Below are positions 19,801 through 29,648 of a DNA stretch of 64,000 nt, in pieces. The DNA lies in contig DAHWKG010000098.1 in assembly GCA_027343765.1 (NCBI GenBank), forward strand, positions 46,411 through 110,410, read 5' to 3'. The notes beneath the pieces were generated by a model. That model made no database searches. It saw only the letters and a list, made by a program, of their open reading frames with translations, and had not been told where the DNA came from. Position 1 is the first letter of the stretch, and each line of letters begins with the position of its first letter. Source of the stretch: Sulfobacillus sp. (GTDB lineage Bacteria > Bacillota > Sulfobacillia > Sulfobacillales > Sulfobacillaceae). The translations under genes were made by a program, and so were the position numbers.

Positions 19801-20934
19801 TCAGCCGTCCGCACTCCCATTAATTAATGGAAATACGGAGAGTCCTTCGGCTCCGGCCGGGGGCTCGTCTTGCACCGCCATTCCCGGGCCAAGAAGGGTA
19901 CCCGAAAGGTCACGATCCGGGTCATGCGCCGCAACGACATACCGCTCATGAGGGGAGCCCGTGACGAAAGCCCTGCTTCCGGGCGCAAGGGCCAACAACG
20001 GGCTTTTTAGGCGCTGGCTTCGATGAATGTCGGCCCACACGCTCGTCGCCGTAGCCACCCCCCCGGCGCCGGGTCCCTGAAGCCAAAACGTTCCCGCCTG
20101 TCCCCGGATTTCGACCCCATTTTGGGCTCCTTTCAGGGAAAAAGCGGGGTGACCCTTGGAAACCACGGCGGGTCCAACGGCGGCCTTAATCGTGCCCTCG
20201 GCATCGCGGTGCGCCCATGCCCAGGGGCGCACATGAAGTCCCTTACGGGCCAGACGGTGCAGAAGATCGACGGGATAGTCTTGAAGGCCCTCCCGTAGTA
20301 TTTGATCCGGGGAAAGCCATACGCCCCATGCTAGCCAAACTAAGATGACCAACTTGCGTACGGCATCATGCCCCTTGAGATCGTTCTCCGGGTTGGCCTC
20401 CGCATAGCCTCGCAGCTGGGCTTGGGAAATGGCCTCGGAGAGAGCCATGCCGTTTTCCATGGCCGTCAAGACATAGCTGCTGGTGCCGTTCAGAACCCCG
20501 CCGATGTCGGATAAGGGAGCGGCGCTCATGTGGGTGACGAGGGTATCGACCACAGGGATGCCGCCGGCTACACTGGCCTCGAATCCGAAAAACGTATCCC
20601 ATTCCTGACTCTTTTGGATGAGCTCGGCGCCATGATAGGCGATGACTTCTTTGTTGGCCGTCACCACGGCCTTTCCGTTGGCCAACGCGCGGCCAATCCA
20701 TGCTAAGGGTTCCTCACGCCCTCCGGCCACCTCCACAATGATGTCAAGAGCCGGGTCGTCAATAATCTCCATGGGATCTTGGGTTAGGGGGATAGGGAGT
20801 GGGCGCGGTCGGTCGGCTCGTCGCACGCACGCTTTCACAAAATGAAAATCCAGGCCAGCCCAGGGGCGGTTGAGTTCCACGACCGCCTGTCCTACCGTTC
20901 CCATGCCGATCAAACCAATCTGTACGGTCGCCAT
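19801..20934 (-). CDS. hom: homoserine dehydrogenase
   Basis: GLIGMGTVG, VVTANK, FEASVAGGIP, LNGT, GYAEANP..D..G.D, GPGAGG. Confidence 0.9.
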   Translation of the reverse strand: MATVQIGLIGMGTVGQAVVELNRPWAGLDFHFVKACVRRADRPRPLPIPLTQDPMEIIDDPALDIIVEVAGGREEPLAWIGRALANGKAVVTANKEVIAYHGAELIQKSQEWDTFFGFEASVAGGIPVVDTLVTHMSAAPLSDIGGVLNGTSSYVLTAMENGMALSEAISQAQLRGYAEANPENDLKGHDAVRKLVILVWLAWGVWLSPDQILREGLQDYPVDLLHRLARKGLHVRPWAWAHRDAEGTIKAAVGPAVVSKGHPAFSLKGAQNGVEIRGQAGTFWLQGPGAGGVATATSVWADIHRSQRLKSPLLALAPGSRAFVTGSPHERYVVAAHDPDRDLSGTLLGPGMAVQDEPPAGAEGLSVFPLINGSADG

Positions 20935-20995
20935 TGAATCTCCTCTCGTGTCATGATCGTACCAAGAGTCTACGAAACGCTATCGGCCCACGCAA

Positions 20996-22264
20996 CTAGT
21001 AGGGGGATAACAAAGCCCCTCGATACCAAAAACGGCCTTCCTCACTGACGACGGCGGCTGGGGGTTGTACGGTCACGCGGGTCCCGTTAGGCGCCCGCAA
21101 ATTAATCGGTTCGGTGAGAATCTCGGGTTTCAAGGACGGCCGTACGCGAAGTGAGCTCCAGGGGGTGTACCCGAGACCTTGGCGCGCGCCACCCCATTCC
21201 AGCTGAGCCCAGCGCGTTTTTCCGACCGTGACCTCAGCGTTTACCACAGTCAAGGCACCAAAAGGCATCCAAGCTTTGGCGAGCCTTGCCCGTCCAGGCA
21301 GCTCTTCCAAGGGGCCGGCCTGGCGTACTTGCACCACTTCGGGGGAGGAGAGAGGAAGCCAGCCTGGGGGCTTTTGGGGGACTGTTTGCACGTGGGGAGA
21401 GCCGGTCCACGGCGGAATCGGGGAGAAGCGGCCGCCGAGTAAGGTCTGCCCACTGGGGCCCATTCCCAGGATGAGCCCTGACCCCATTTTCGGGGTGGAG
21501 GAGACGGGTTGAAGTGCCCCGGGCGGTACATAGCCAGGGACGCCCGCCAATTTTACCCCCGAGCGCGCTTGATACTGAACCAAAAACACCTGCCCCCAGT
21601 AGAGATGGGCGCGACGGCTGGTCCAAAGATCCCGCCAGCTAATTTGTACCGTCGAACCCGACCGAAAGCGCGCCTCTGCGGGCGGTTTAGGCTGGGACCT
21701 CACGTGTAGAGCTTGAATCTGAAAGGCACCGCGAGACAGGGTGGCCAACAAAATGTGATAGTGGGCGGCGTTGTGGGCATCCAACAACACCGGATGGACG
21801 TGTACAACCAGCGCCATGTGTGACCAGACGGTGGGGGATGGGGGATGGCCGGGGTTTTGATAGCGGAACAGGACCACGTCGCCGGGCTGAATTTCCTGAA
21901 GCGAAGTCCATCGGGCGTATCCACGGCTTAAGAGGTAGTAGCTAAGCCGGTCAACATTGACCAGCACTGGCCAGCGAGGATTGGACTGGGGAACCAGGGG
22001 CACGGGAATGCCGCCCGCGGCCAGTGAACGGCCCACAAATTCGGCACACTGAAAGTCCGGCTGAAACCACCCTGGGCCTGGTACGCGCGCCGCCACCAGG
22101 CGTACGCCGTGGTCGGAGGCGATGGGTGCCGCGCGCCCCGTCGCCACGGCCCAGTTCCAATGGCTCTCTGCATAGCCAATCGCGAGCCCCGGGGAGTAGC
22201 TGCTTTGGCCCAAGAAGGCCACCGAGGCGAGCGCCAACGCCGCTAATGCGGGAAGCACACGCAT
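20996..22264 (-). CDS. secreted protein with putative amidase (Amidase_6/NlpC-like) domain
   Basis: signal peptide MRVLPALAAL, AIGYAESHW, CAEFVGRSLAAGG, PGDVV, HMALV, DAHN. Confidence 0.7.
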   Translation of the reverse strand: MRVLPALAALALASVAFLGQSSYSPGLAIGYAESHWNWAVATGRAAPIASDHGVRLVAARVPGPGWFQPDFQCAEFVGRSLAAGGIPVPLVPQSNPRWPVLVNVDRLSYYLLSRGYARWTSLQEIQPGDVVLFRYQNPGHPPSPTVWSHMALVVHVHPVLLDAHNAAHYHILLATLSRGAFQIQALHVRSQPKPPAEARFRSGSTVQISWRDLWTSRRAHLYWGQVFLVQYQARSGVKLAGVPGYVPPGALQPVSSTPKMGSGLILGMGPSGQTLLGGRFSPIPPWTGSPHVQTVPQKPPGWLPLSSPEVVQVRQAGPLEELPGRARLAKAWMPFGALTVVNAEVTVGKTRWAQLEWGGARQGLGYTPWSSLRVRPSLKPEILTEPINLRAPNGTRVTVQPPAAVVSEEGRFWYRGALLSPY

Positions 22265-22350
22265 AATTTTGCCCCCCTTTTTGCAGGCTAACCAACGACA
22301 TTTAGTGTCTCTCGAATGGCCGATCACATGCTACGGAGGGGAGCGATCGC

Positions 22351-23220
22351 TTGATTCGATTATGGCTCTTGAGTTTATGGTTGATGATGTTGCCCAATGC
22401 ACCTGCCCCCAGTATCTTGGCTCCTCACGGCGGAGCCCTCTGGGCGCACGCAGAAAAAATGCCCACCGACGATCCGGTGATTATCGAAGGGGCGCCGGGG
22501 GAGTCTCAAGCCAAGGCCATGAAACTCCCCTATCTTCTGGCCTCTCGTACCACCAACTATTTTCATGCGACCGAAAGCCAGGGCAAGAACATAGCACTAG
22601 TGGCGCACCGCTTGAATGGTACGGTGGTTAAGCCGGGCCAGGTATTTTCGTACTACCGTGCGGTTGGCCCCTACACGGCCGAAAATGGCTTCGGTTGGGG
22701 GCGTATGTTCTCTGGCGACCGCATTATTCCCTCGATCGGCGGTGGTGTCTGCCAAGGATCCAGTACGCTCTATTCGGCGTTGTTGCGGACCGGGCTTCCC
22801 ATTCTTGAACGGCATCAGCATGGGCTCACGGTTCCATACCTTCCCCCGGGGGAGGACGCAACGGTAGCGGGAAACTACTTGAATTTCCGGTTTAAAAACA
22901 ATCGCACTACCCCGATCTTGATTACAGCCGCGGCGGGAAACCGCCATTTGTCGGTCGCTATCTGGGGGGCTGAGCCAGGACCGGAAATCGTCGTCAAGCA
23001 TCAAATTTTAGCCGAATACCCCTTTTCAACCATTACTAAATTCAATGCCCGTCTGAAGCCAGGGGAAACGGTGGTTGTTGCGCCAGGCCAGAAAGGTGTT
23101 AAGGTGAAAAGTTGGTTGGAACAAAAGACGCCCCAAGGCACCGTGATTAAGAACTTGGGGATTGACACGTATCGGCCCAGTCCTCGGGTCGTGGAGGTTG
23201 GCCCCAAGGCGACCCCCTGA
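22351..23220 (+). CDS. VanW-family protein with C-terminal G5 domain
   Basis: NGTVVKPGQVFS, GGGVCQGSSTLY, ERHQH, GEDATV, FRFKNN; G5-like PGQKG..DTYRP..VVEVG. Confidence 0.85.
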   Translation: MIRLWLLSLWLMMLPNAPAPSILAPHGGALWAHAEKMPTDDPVIIEGAPGESQAKAMKLPYLLASRTTNYFHATESQGKNIALVAHRLNGTVVKPGQVFSYYRAVGPYTAENGFGWGRMFSGDRIIPSIGGGVCQGSSTLYSALLRTGLPILERHQHGLTVPYLPPGEDATVAGNYLNFRFKNNRTTPILITAAAGNRHLSVAIWGAEPGPEIVVKHQILAEYPFSTITKFNARLKPGETVVVAPGQKGVKVKSWLEQKTPQGTVIKNLGIDTYRPSPRVVEVGPKATP

Positions 23221-23264
23221 CGGTCATGTCCCCACCCTCCATCCCATAAGTATGAGGCGAGGGG

Positions 23265-24101
23265 ATGGGCATGGGCATGGGGATCTGGACCTGGGTGCTA
23301 CTAAGGCTGTCGGTGTTATCCGGTGAACGACTGGCCTTTCATGGGCTGGGGCGTGACAAAAGTCCGTTGGCGGTGACCGCCGTGGCCTACGGGGGGGCAG
23401 CCTTGTTCTTATGGTTGGCGGCCGCGGTTCTGGGCGAGGTGCGTTGGCAAGGGGAAGCGTTTTGGCCGGGCTCGATTTATGCGGTATCCTTCTTCCTCTA
23501 TACGGCTTCGTTGGGCGAAGGGCCAGTGAGCCTGGTGAGCGCCTTTGCGAACGCTACCGCTGTTATCTTGTTTCTAATCCAGCCGGTGTTCGACGTGTGG
23601 TCGTTGACCGGCATTGGATTGTTCGTCCTGGGTGCACTTTTTCTCATCCCGTGGGGCAAGAAAATATCCCGAGCGGTCTGGTGGATGCTTCTCAGTGATG
23701 GCGCATTGGCCTTGGGGAGGATCCTAGATGCCGGGGTCCACGGGGTCCGATCGCTCCCCTATGCCGCGAGCCTCTTTTCCTCGGTGGTGTTGTGGTTAAT
23801 CGTGCCCATTTGCCTCTATGGGACGTGGGGTGAGATATGGGCCCTGGCCCGTACCCGTCCGACGTGGGGGACGGCGGCCGCTGGGGCCAACGGTCTTTCC
23901 TATTTGACCGTGTTTGAGCTTCTGCGGGTCATGCCGGCGACCTTGGTGGAGGCCGTATCGGCCTGGTCCGGGGTGTTGGCGGCTGGGCTTGGAGCGGTCT
24001 GGTTTCACGAAGGGGAGCTCGTGAAGAAAGTGTTGGCTTCAGCCCTCATGACTCTGGGAACGGTCATTCTCCTCTTTAGTCAAGGGGCCCGCATAGGGTA
24101 A
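23265..24101 (+). CDS. EamA/DMT-like membrane protein
   Basis: about ten hydrophobic segments, GPVSLV, WFHE motif. Confidence 0.65.
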   Translation: MGMGMGIWTWVLLRLSVLSGERLAFHGLGRDKSPLAVTAVAYGGAALFLWLAAAVLGEVRWQGEAFWPGSIYAVSFFLYTASLGEGPVSLVSAFANATAVILFLIQPVFDVWSLTGIGLFVLGALFLIPWGKKISRAVWWMLLSDGALALGRILDAGVHGVRSLPYAASLFSSVVLWLIVPICLYGTWGEIWALARTRPTWGTAAAGANGLSYLTVFELLRVMPATLVEAVSAWSGVLAAGLGAVWFHEGELVKKVLASALMTLGTVILLFSQGARIG

Positions 24102-24122
24102 AATGATCCAAAGGGGTGCGCT

Positions 24123-24668
24123 ATGAAGATTTACACCAAAACAGGAGACATGGGGGAGACCTCTCTTTGGGGCAAGGCGGGGCCCAAGCGGAGCCGCAAG
24201 GACTCACGGCGTGTGGAGACTTACGGGGCCGTGGATGAAGCCAACTCCGCCATTGGACTGGCTCGCGCCTACGGACCGGGAAGCGGCGAGTTGGATGCCA
24301 TGCTTCTTTGGGTGCAGCACCGCTTATTTGCCCTCGGGGCTGACTTATCCAATATTGCCGACGAGCGCCGTGACCGGCTCACCGAAGAGGATGTGGGACA
24401 ACTGGAATCATGGATTGATGCCTTGGACGGCACCTTGGCTCCCTTAAAAGCCTTTATTCTCCCGGGAGGATGCCTTCAAGCGGCGGAGCTCCATCTGGCT
24501 CGTACGGTGGTCCGTCGCGCTGAGAGGCGGCTCGTCTCCTTCTTGGAGGACGATTCCAGTTATGGCCTGCATCTCAAATTCTTGAACCGGCTGTCGGACT
24601 TTCTCTTTCAGGCGGCCCGGGCTTCCAATCGGGAAGCCGGGCAAGACGATGTTCTAGCAAAATTTTAA
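24123..24668 (+). CDS. PduO-type cob(I)alamin adenosyltransferase
   Basis: KIYTKTGD.GET, YGAVDEANS, FILPGG, RTVVRRAER, LNRLSD. Confidence 0.93.
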   Translation: MKIYTKTGDMGETSLWGKAGPKRSRKDSRRVETYGAVDEANSAIGLARAYGPGSGELDAMLLWVQHRLFALGADLSNIADERRDRLTEEDVGQLESWIDALDGTLAPLKAFILPGGCLQAAELHLARTVVRRAERRLVSFLEDDSSYGLHLKFLNRLSDFLFQAARASNREAGQDDVLAKF

Positions 24669-24677
24669 GGAGGCGCC

Positions 24678-25097
24678 ATGGAGAGACAGTTCACTGTAGA
24701 CGAAGCCAATGCGTTGATTCCCGAACTGAGAAAGGCGTTGGGGGAATTGAACCGGTTGCAACACGAAGCTCGCTACAAGTACGAGGAAATGCGGGATATT
24801 CGCGAGGTGGGCTACCGCGCCGACGGCAATTTAATTATGTTGTCGGACTATCAGGAAACGAAGCGGGAATTTGACCGGATTGTGGCGGAAGCCAATCAGA
24901 TTTTGACGGCGATTAACGAGCGCGGGTGCCGCGTGACCGATGTGGAAACGGGTTTAATCGACTTCCCATCGGAGGTTGACGGGGCACCGGTCTACCTCTG
25001 CTGGCAAAAAGACGAGCCCGAGGTCGGCTATTACCACGGGCTCGAAGAAGGATTCGCCGGCCGTCGGCCGCTCCCGCAGCGGTCGAACCCGAGTTAG
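24678..25097 (+). CDS. DUF2203-like protein
   Basis: FTVDEANALIP, GLIDFP, YLCW..E..YYH..GFAGR. Confidence 0.85.
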   Translation: MERQFTVDEANALIPELRKALGELNRLQHEARYKYEEMRDIREVGYRADGNLIMLSDYQETKREFDRIVAEANQILTAINERGCRVTDVETGLIDFPSEVDGAPVYLCWQKDEPEVGYYHGLEEGFAGRRPLPQRSNPS

Positions 25098-25666
25098 GGG
25101 TTCAGCCCTAAGAGGTCGGCGTGCGGTTTTAAGGCGTCGACGATAAACGTGATAAACTCCTCCAAGTCCACGTCTAGCCCTTCTACGCCCCCATAAACGT
25201 CGTCCCGGTTAACGCCGCGCGCGAAGCCCTTGTCCTTCAACTTCTTGATGACCGATCGTGGCGTAACCTCTGAGAGCCGCTTTTCCGGCCTTACCAGGGT
25301 GACAGCGACGATAAAGCCGGTGAGTTCGTCGCTGGCAAAGATCGCTTTTTCTAAGAGCGAATCGCGGGGCAGTCCATTTTCCGTCACGTGGCTTTGGATG
25401 GCCGTGATGATTCGCTCGGGAAATCCCTCCGCCGCCAAAATGCGCCCCCCTTCAATGGTGTGCTGGCCGATTTCTGGGTAGGCTTCGTAATCGAAGTCGT
25501 GTAATAGGCCTACCATGCCGAACAAGTCGGGGTCTTCGCCGTGCTCCGCGGCGATGGCGCGCATCACCGCTTCAACGGCCAAACCATGCTTGATCAGGTT
25601 CGGGTTTTTCGTGTAGCGGTTGAGAATTTCCCACGCTTGGGTGCGGTCGGGTACGCTCGACACCAA
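25094..25666 (-). CDS. HD-domain (HDIG) metal-dependent hydrolase
   Basis: KHGLAVE, GLLHDFDYE, SH, DELTG, FARGVNR. Confidence 0.85.
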   Translation of the reverse strand: MVSSVPDRTQAWEILNRYTKNPNLIKHGLAVEAVMRAIAAEHGEDPDLFGMVGLLHDFDYEAYPEIGQHTIEGGRILAAEGFPERIITAIQSHVTENGLPRDSLLEKAIFASDELTGFIVAVTLVRPEKRLSEVTPRSVIKKLKDKGFARGVNRDDVYGGVEGLDVDLEEFITFIVDALKPHADLLGLNP

Positions 25667-25781
25667 AAAGCATCCTCCTCCGAAAGATGAATGTCCCCAT
25701 TATAACGTTTTTGACAGGGGTACCGCGCTTCCGTACACTTTGGTTAGAGAATGCAGAGGAGCGTTGCCTTCGGTGGGAACG

Positions 25782-26708
25782 ATGCGCGATCTGGTATTGA
25801 TTGGTGCGGGCCCGGTGGGATTGTTTGGACTCTATTGTGCGGGCCTTCATCGCCTTAAGGCAACGATTGTCGAACGATTAGACCGGGTGGGCGGGCAACT
25901 CGAATACTTATATCCTGAAAAGCCAATTTACGATGTGGGCGGCTTTCCCATGATTCGGGGGCGGGAACTGGTCGAACGGCTGAGCCAACAAGCGTTTCAA
26001 TATCCGTCGGAATGCCTCGCCGGGGTGGAGGTGACTGGGCTTCGGGAGACTCCTGGAGGATGGCGCCTTTCGACCAGCCGTGGTCCGATTGATTCCCGAA
26101 CCATTATTATAACCGGGGGCATTGGTAAGTTTATTCCGCGCCGTTACAATAATCCCACTATCGACCAATACGAGGGCCAGGGGCTTTCTTATACGGTAGA
26201 GCATTTAAAAGACTATCGGCACCGACGGGTGCTGGTTGTTGGAGGGGGCGATTCCGCTGCCGATTGGGCTTTGGCCACGGCCGAGGAGGCGGATGCGGTG
26301 ATCATGATTCACCGCCGGGACACCTTCCAATGCCATGCCGATAGTCTGGAAAAACTTGGCCAGCATCCTCGCATACAACTTCTGCCCAACCGGACATTGG
26401 ATCGCGTGTTAGGCGAGGGGCGGGTGGAATCGGTTGAACTCCGGGGAATCGATGGTGCGCTGGAGCGGCTTACCGTAGACCGCATCATTGTGGCCATCGG
26501 ACTCCTTCCGGGAACGGATATATTTCATCGCTGGGGCCTTCAGATGGACGGTCATGAGATCCCCGTCGCCTCCAATATGGCCACGAATCTTCCGGGCGTT
26601 TATGCGGCGGGGGACATTGCCACCTACCCGGGCAAAGTGAAGCTCATTGCCGCCGGGTTCGGCGAGGTGGCGACCGCCGTGGAAGCGGCGCTAGGCCATC
26701 TCGCCTAA
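25782..26708 (+). CDS. TrxB-fold ferredoxin/flavodoxin-NADP+ reductase (YumC-like)
   Basis: IGAGPVG, GGQL..LYPEKPIYDVGG, GGGDSA.DW, HRR, GDIATYPGKVKLI; lacks CxxC; start could be GTG 25773. Confidence 0.88.
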   Translation: MRDLVLIGAGPVGLFGLYCAGLHRLKATIVERLDRVGGQLEYLYPEKPIYDVGGFPMIRGRELVERLSQQAFQYPSECLAGVEVTGLRETPGGWRLSTSRGPIDSRTIIITGGIGKFIPRRYNNPTIDQYEGQGLSYTVEHLKDYRHRRVLVVGGGDSAADWALATAEEADAVIMIHRRDTFQCHADSLEKLGQHPRIQLLPNRTLDRVLGEGRVESVELRGIDGALERLTVDRIIVAIGLLPGTDIFHRWGLQMDGHEIPVASNMATNLPGVYAAGDIATYPGKVKLIAAGFGEVATAVEAALGHLA

Positions 26709-26725
26709 AGTTCCCCGGTCAACGA

Positions 26726-28492
26726 TTAACGGTCCGATTCGCGATTTTCGGGGAAAGGCACGCCCAGCCACCGTTCGAAGGCTTTCTGTTGCGCCGGTGA
26801 CGGTTGTTCCACTGGGAGTAGCCGATAGCGATCGGGGCGCGGTTCGGCTGGCACTAGCGGCGCATCAATCACCTCTCGGTTGTGGGCGATGACGAGAGAG
26901 GCCGACTGGCCCGGAGTGAGGTGTCGGAGGGCTTCTTTCCATTGCTCCTCGGTGGCGATGCGCTCGCCGTTTAGTGCCAATACCTCGTCCTCGGGCGAAA
27001 CGCCGGCATTTTCCCCGGGCCCTCCGCGTTCCACCTGGCGGACCAAGAGCCGGCCTTGTCGATCCACCAGATTAAGACCGACAGACACCATTTCCTCCGA
27101 TTCTGTGTCCGAGAACGTGCGCTCAAGGCGGAGTCCCACGGTGTTTAGTATCGATTCGTCAAAGGGATCGGTGCCATGCACGTAAGAAGCCAGCACCCGG
27201 GCCATGGGCGCGCCACCCATTTCTACCAAAAGATCCTCGAAGGCCGGTTCTGGGTATCCGCCCTCCCCATAGCGGCGCCATAGCTCGCGAAACACCTCTT
27301 TGAGCCCAATTTTTTGGTTTGTCGCCGCCAAGAGCTCCAAATCTAAAAACAACCCCACCAGGGCTCCCTTGAGATAGTAGGAGACCGTGATGTTGGGGGT
27401 GTTGGCGTCAGGTCGGTAATGGCGAATCCAAGCCTCCTGGGAAGCCCGATCCAAGGGGGTGAGGAATCGGCCCGGCGTGGATTCCAGGGTTTTCAACTGG
27501 GTGGCCCAATGGGCGAGGATTTCGTCCACCGGCACGACTTGACTGTGGGCTAAAAGCCAGGGAGCGAAATAATCGGTGAGACCCTCAAGAGCCCAAAGCA
27601 GGGTGGTATAGACTTCGTGCTGATAATCGAAGGGACCGAGGACATGAGGGCGCAACCGTTTTACGTTCCACAGGTGAAAGAATTCATGGGCCATGAGGCT
27701 CAAGAGGACCCGATAATCCTTGGCTTGGCGCCACAATTTGGGCGTCACCATGATGTTGGCGGAATTTTTATGTTCGAGGCCGCCTCCGCCCGCTTCCGTG
27801 ATCGTCACCAAGAACTGATATTGGGAATAGGGGAGCGCGCCGAAAATCCCCCCCCCGGCCTCAATAATCCGGGTGAGGTCCTCGAGAAACGATGGTTTGG
27901 GCAAGCGTTCGCACCCCAACCCGGCGACCCAAAGTTCGTGGGGGATGCCCTGAACGGTGAAGGGATAGTGGGTCAAGCGGCGTCCCATCTGGATGGGCGT
28001 GTCTACTAAGCTATCGTAGTCGGGGAAGGTCACGGCGTGTTCCCCATCAAGGGTCGCGCTAGTGGACCATTCAGTCGGGAGGTCCAGTGTTAGACGGTGT
28101 GGACGCGTGGTCCAGAGAGGGTGATAGAGGAACAGGGTCGTACCCTGGGCGAGTCCGAAATTTTGATCCAAATAGCTGGTCCGAACCGTGAGTTCGTACG
28201 CGTAGACGTCGTATGTGAGGACTAATTCTCCGGTGTCGGTGGGAATCTGGATGAGCCAACTCGATTTGGAGTGTTCCTGGATCGGGAGAGATCCCTTTCC
28301 GTTTCGGGCGGTCAGGTTGATGAGGTGGCGCGCATATTCTCGCACCAAATAGGAACCGGGCGTCCACACCGGTAAGGCCACCTCGAATTCTTCAGGAAAG
28401 GGGCCAGGAAAATGCGCTTCGACATGGAAGTAGTGCGAGCGCGGATTGGGCACACTGAGCCGGTATTGAATTGCCGTTGTTGTCGTGAACAT
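26726..28492 (-). CDS. M61 metallopeptidase with PDZ domain
   Basis: PVWTPGSY, GGGLEH, HEFFHLWNVKR, EGLTDY, SYYLKG, C-terminal PDZ. Confidence 0.92.
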   Translation of the reverse strand: MFTTTTAIQYRLSVPNPRSHYFHVEAHFPGPFPEEFEVALPVWTPGSYLVREYARHLINLTARNGKGSLPIQEHSKSSWLIQIPTDTGELVLTYDVYAYELTVRTSYLDQNFGLAQGTTLFLYHPLWTTRPHRLTLDLPTEWSTSATLDGEHAVTFPDYDSLVDTPIQMGRRLTHYPFTVQGIPHELWVAGLGCERLPKPSFLEDLTRIIEAGGGIFGALPYSQYQFLVTITEAGGGGLEHKNSANIMVTPKLWRQAKDYRVLLSLMAHEFFHLWNVKRLRPHVLGPFDYQHEVYTTLLWALEGLTDYFAPWLLAHSQVVPVDEILAHWATQLKTLESTPGRFLTPLDRASQEAWIRHYRPDANTPNITVSYYLKGALVGLFLDLELLAATNQKIGLKEVFRELWRRYGEGGYPEPAFEDLLVEMGGAPMARVLASYVHGTDPFDESILNTVGLRLERTFSDTESEEMVSVGLNLVDRQGRLLVRQVERGGPGENAGVSPEDEVLALNGERIATEEQWKEALRHLTPGQSASLVIAHNREVIDAPLVPAEPRPDRYRLLPVEQPSPAQQKAFERWLGVPFPENRESDR

Positions 28493-28603
28493 AGTCTCTC
28501 CTCGCGATGGGATTCAAGTTTTGCAATCTAAGAGCTATGGTACAATTTTCCCGACGAGGATGCGAAGCCTCGGGGAATCTACCGACGAAAGGACTGGGAT
28601 CAC

Positions 28604-29500
28604 GTGGCAAATCGGCCTCACTTGGATGCGTTGAACCTGGCGCCGGGCAAGAAGGCACGCCTCTATCGACTGCTCTACGAAACCGGACCGGCCAACGGCA
28701 CATTGATGATTCTTCCTATCGACCAGGGACTGGAACATGGTCCGCGCGATTTCTTTGATGCTCCCGAAAGTCAAAACCCGCATTTTCAATTCCAGGTTGC
28801 CGTGGAAGGTCGGTTTTCGGCTATAGCCTGTCAGATCGGCCTGGCGGAAAAGTACTACCCCCAATATGCCGGAAAAATCCCATTGATTTTGAAGCTCAAT
28901 GGCAAAACGGAAATTCCCTCCGACGAGGCTCCGCTCTCACCGCAAATTGCCTCCGTCGAGGATGCCGTACGCTTGGGTGCAGACGCCGTCGGCTACACCC
29001 TCTATGTCGGCTCTCCTCGGCAAGACGAAGATTTTCAGCAATTTCGTCGGATACGTGAAGAGGCTGATCGCTACGGCATGCCGGTGGTTGTTTGGTCTTA
29101 TCCGCGAGGCTCCGCTATCGAGGCCAAAGGCGGCAAGGACACCGTTTATGCGGTGGACTATGCGGCTCGTGTTGCTCAGGAGCTCGGGGCGGACGTCATC
29201 AAGCTCAATGTGCCAAAGGTGGACTCTGAGAAGCTCAAGTTGGCACCTAAGGCGTATCAACGCGATTGGACGACCGAGGACGCGTTACAACAGGTCATTC
29301 GCTCGGCGGGGAATTCCTTGGTGATTTTCGCTGGCGGGGAACGCGGGGCCGGGGCATCGGCTTTGGAAAAAGCGGAAGCCTGCATGAAGGCGGGGGCCAC
29401 GGGGTTGATTTTTGGCCGGAACGTCTGGCAACGCCCCTTAGGAGAAGCGCTCGAGCTCTCGAGCGCCATTCATGAAATGCTCAACCGCTATCCGCTGTAA
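28604..29500 (+). CDS. class I (DhnA-type) fructose-bisphosphate aldolase
   Basis: LPIDQGLEHGP, LKLN, LGADAVGYTLY, WSYPRG, ELGADVIK, FGRN. Confidence 0.9.
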   Translation: MANRPHLDALNLAPGKKARLYRLLYETGPANGTLMILPIDQGLEHGPRDFFDAPESQNPHFQFQVAVEGRFSAIACQIGLAEKYYPQYAGKIPLILKLNGKTEIPSDEAPLSPQIASVEDAVRLGADAVGYTLYVGSPRQDEDFQQFRRIREEADRYGMPVVVWSYPRGSAIEAKGGKDTVYAVDYAARVAQELGADVIKLNVPKVDSEKLKLAPKAYQRDWTTEDALQQVIRSAGNSLVIFAGGERGAGASALEKAEACMKAGATGLIFGRNVWQRPLGEALELSSAIHEMLNRYPL

Positions 29501-29505
29501 CCAGG

Positions 29506-29535
29506 AGGCCTCGAGTGAGACTCGGGGCCTTTTTT
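29506..29535 (+). terminator. rho-independent terminator
   Basis: AGGCCTCGAGT-gag-ACTCGGGGCCT + T tract. Confidence 0.8.
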
Positions 29536-29648
29536 CCTCTCTTGCCGTCTCTTAACAGGGATGCCAGTGAGCTCCTTCGGCGAATACGTGACACCCGGGC
29601 GTGAAGTTGAATACCGTGCAGTAGTCTTCAAAGCGAGGAGCGATCGCC

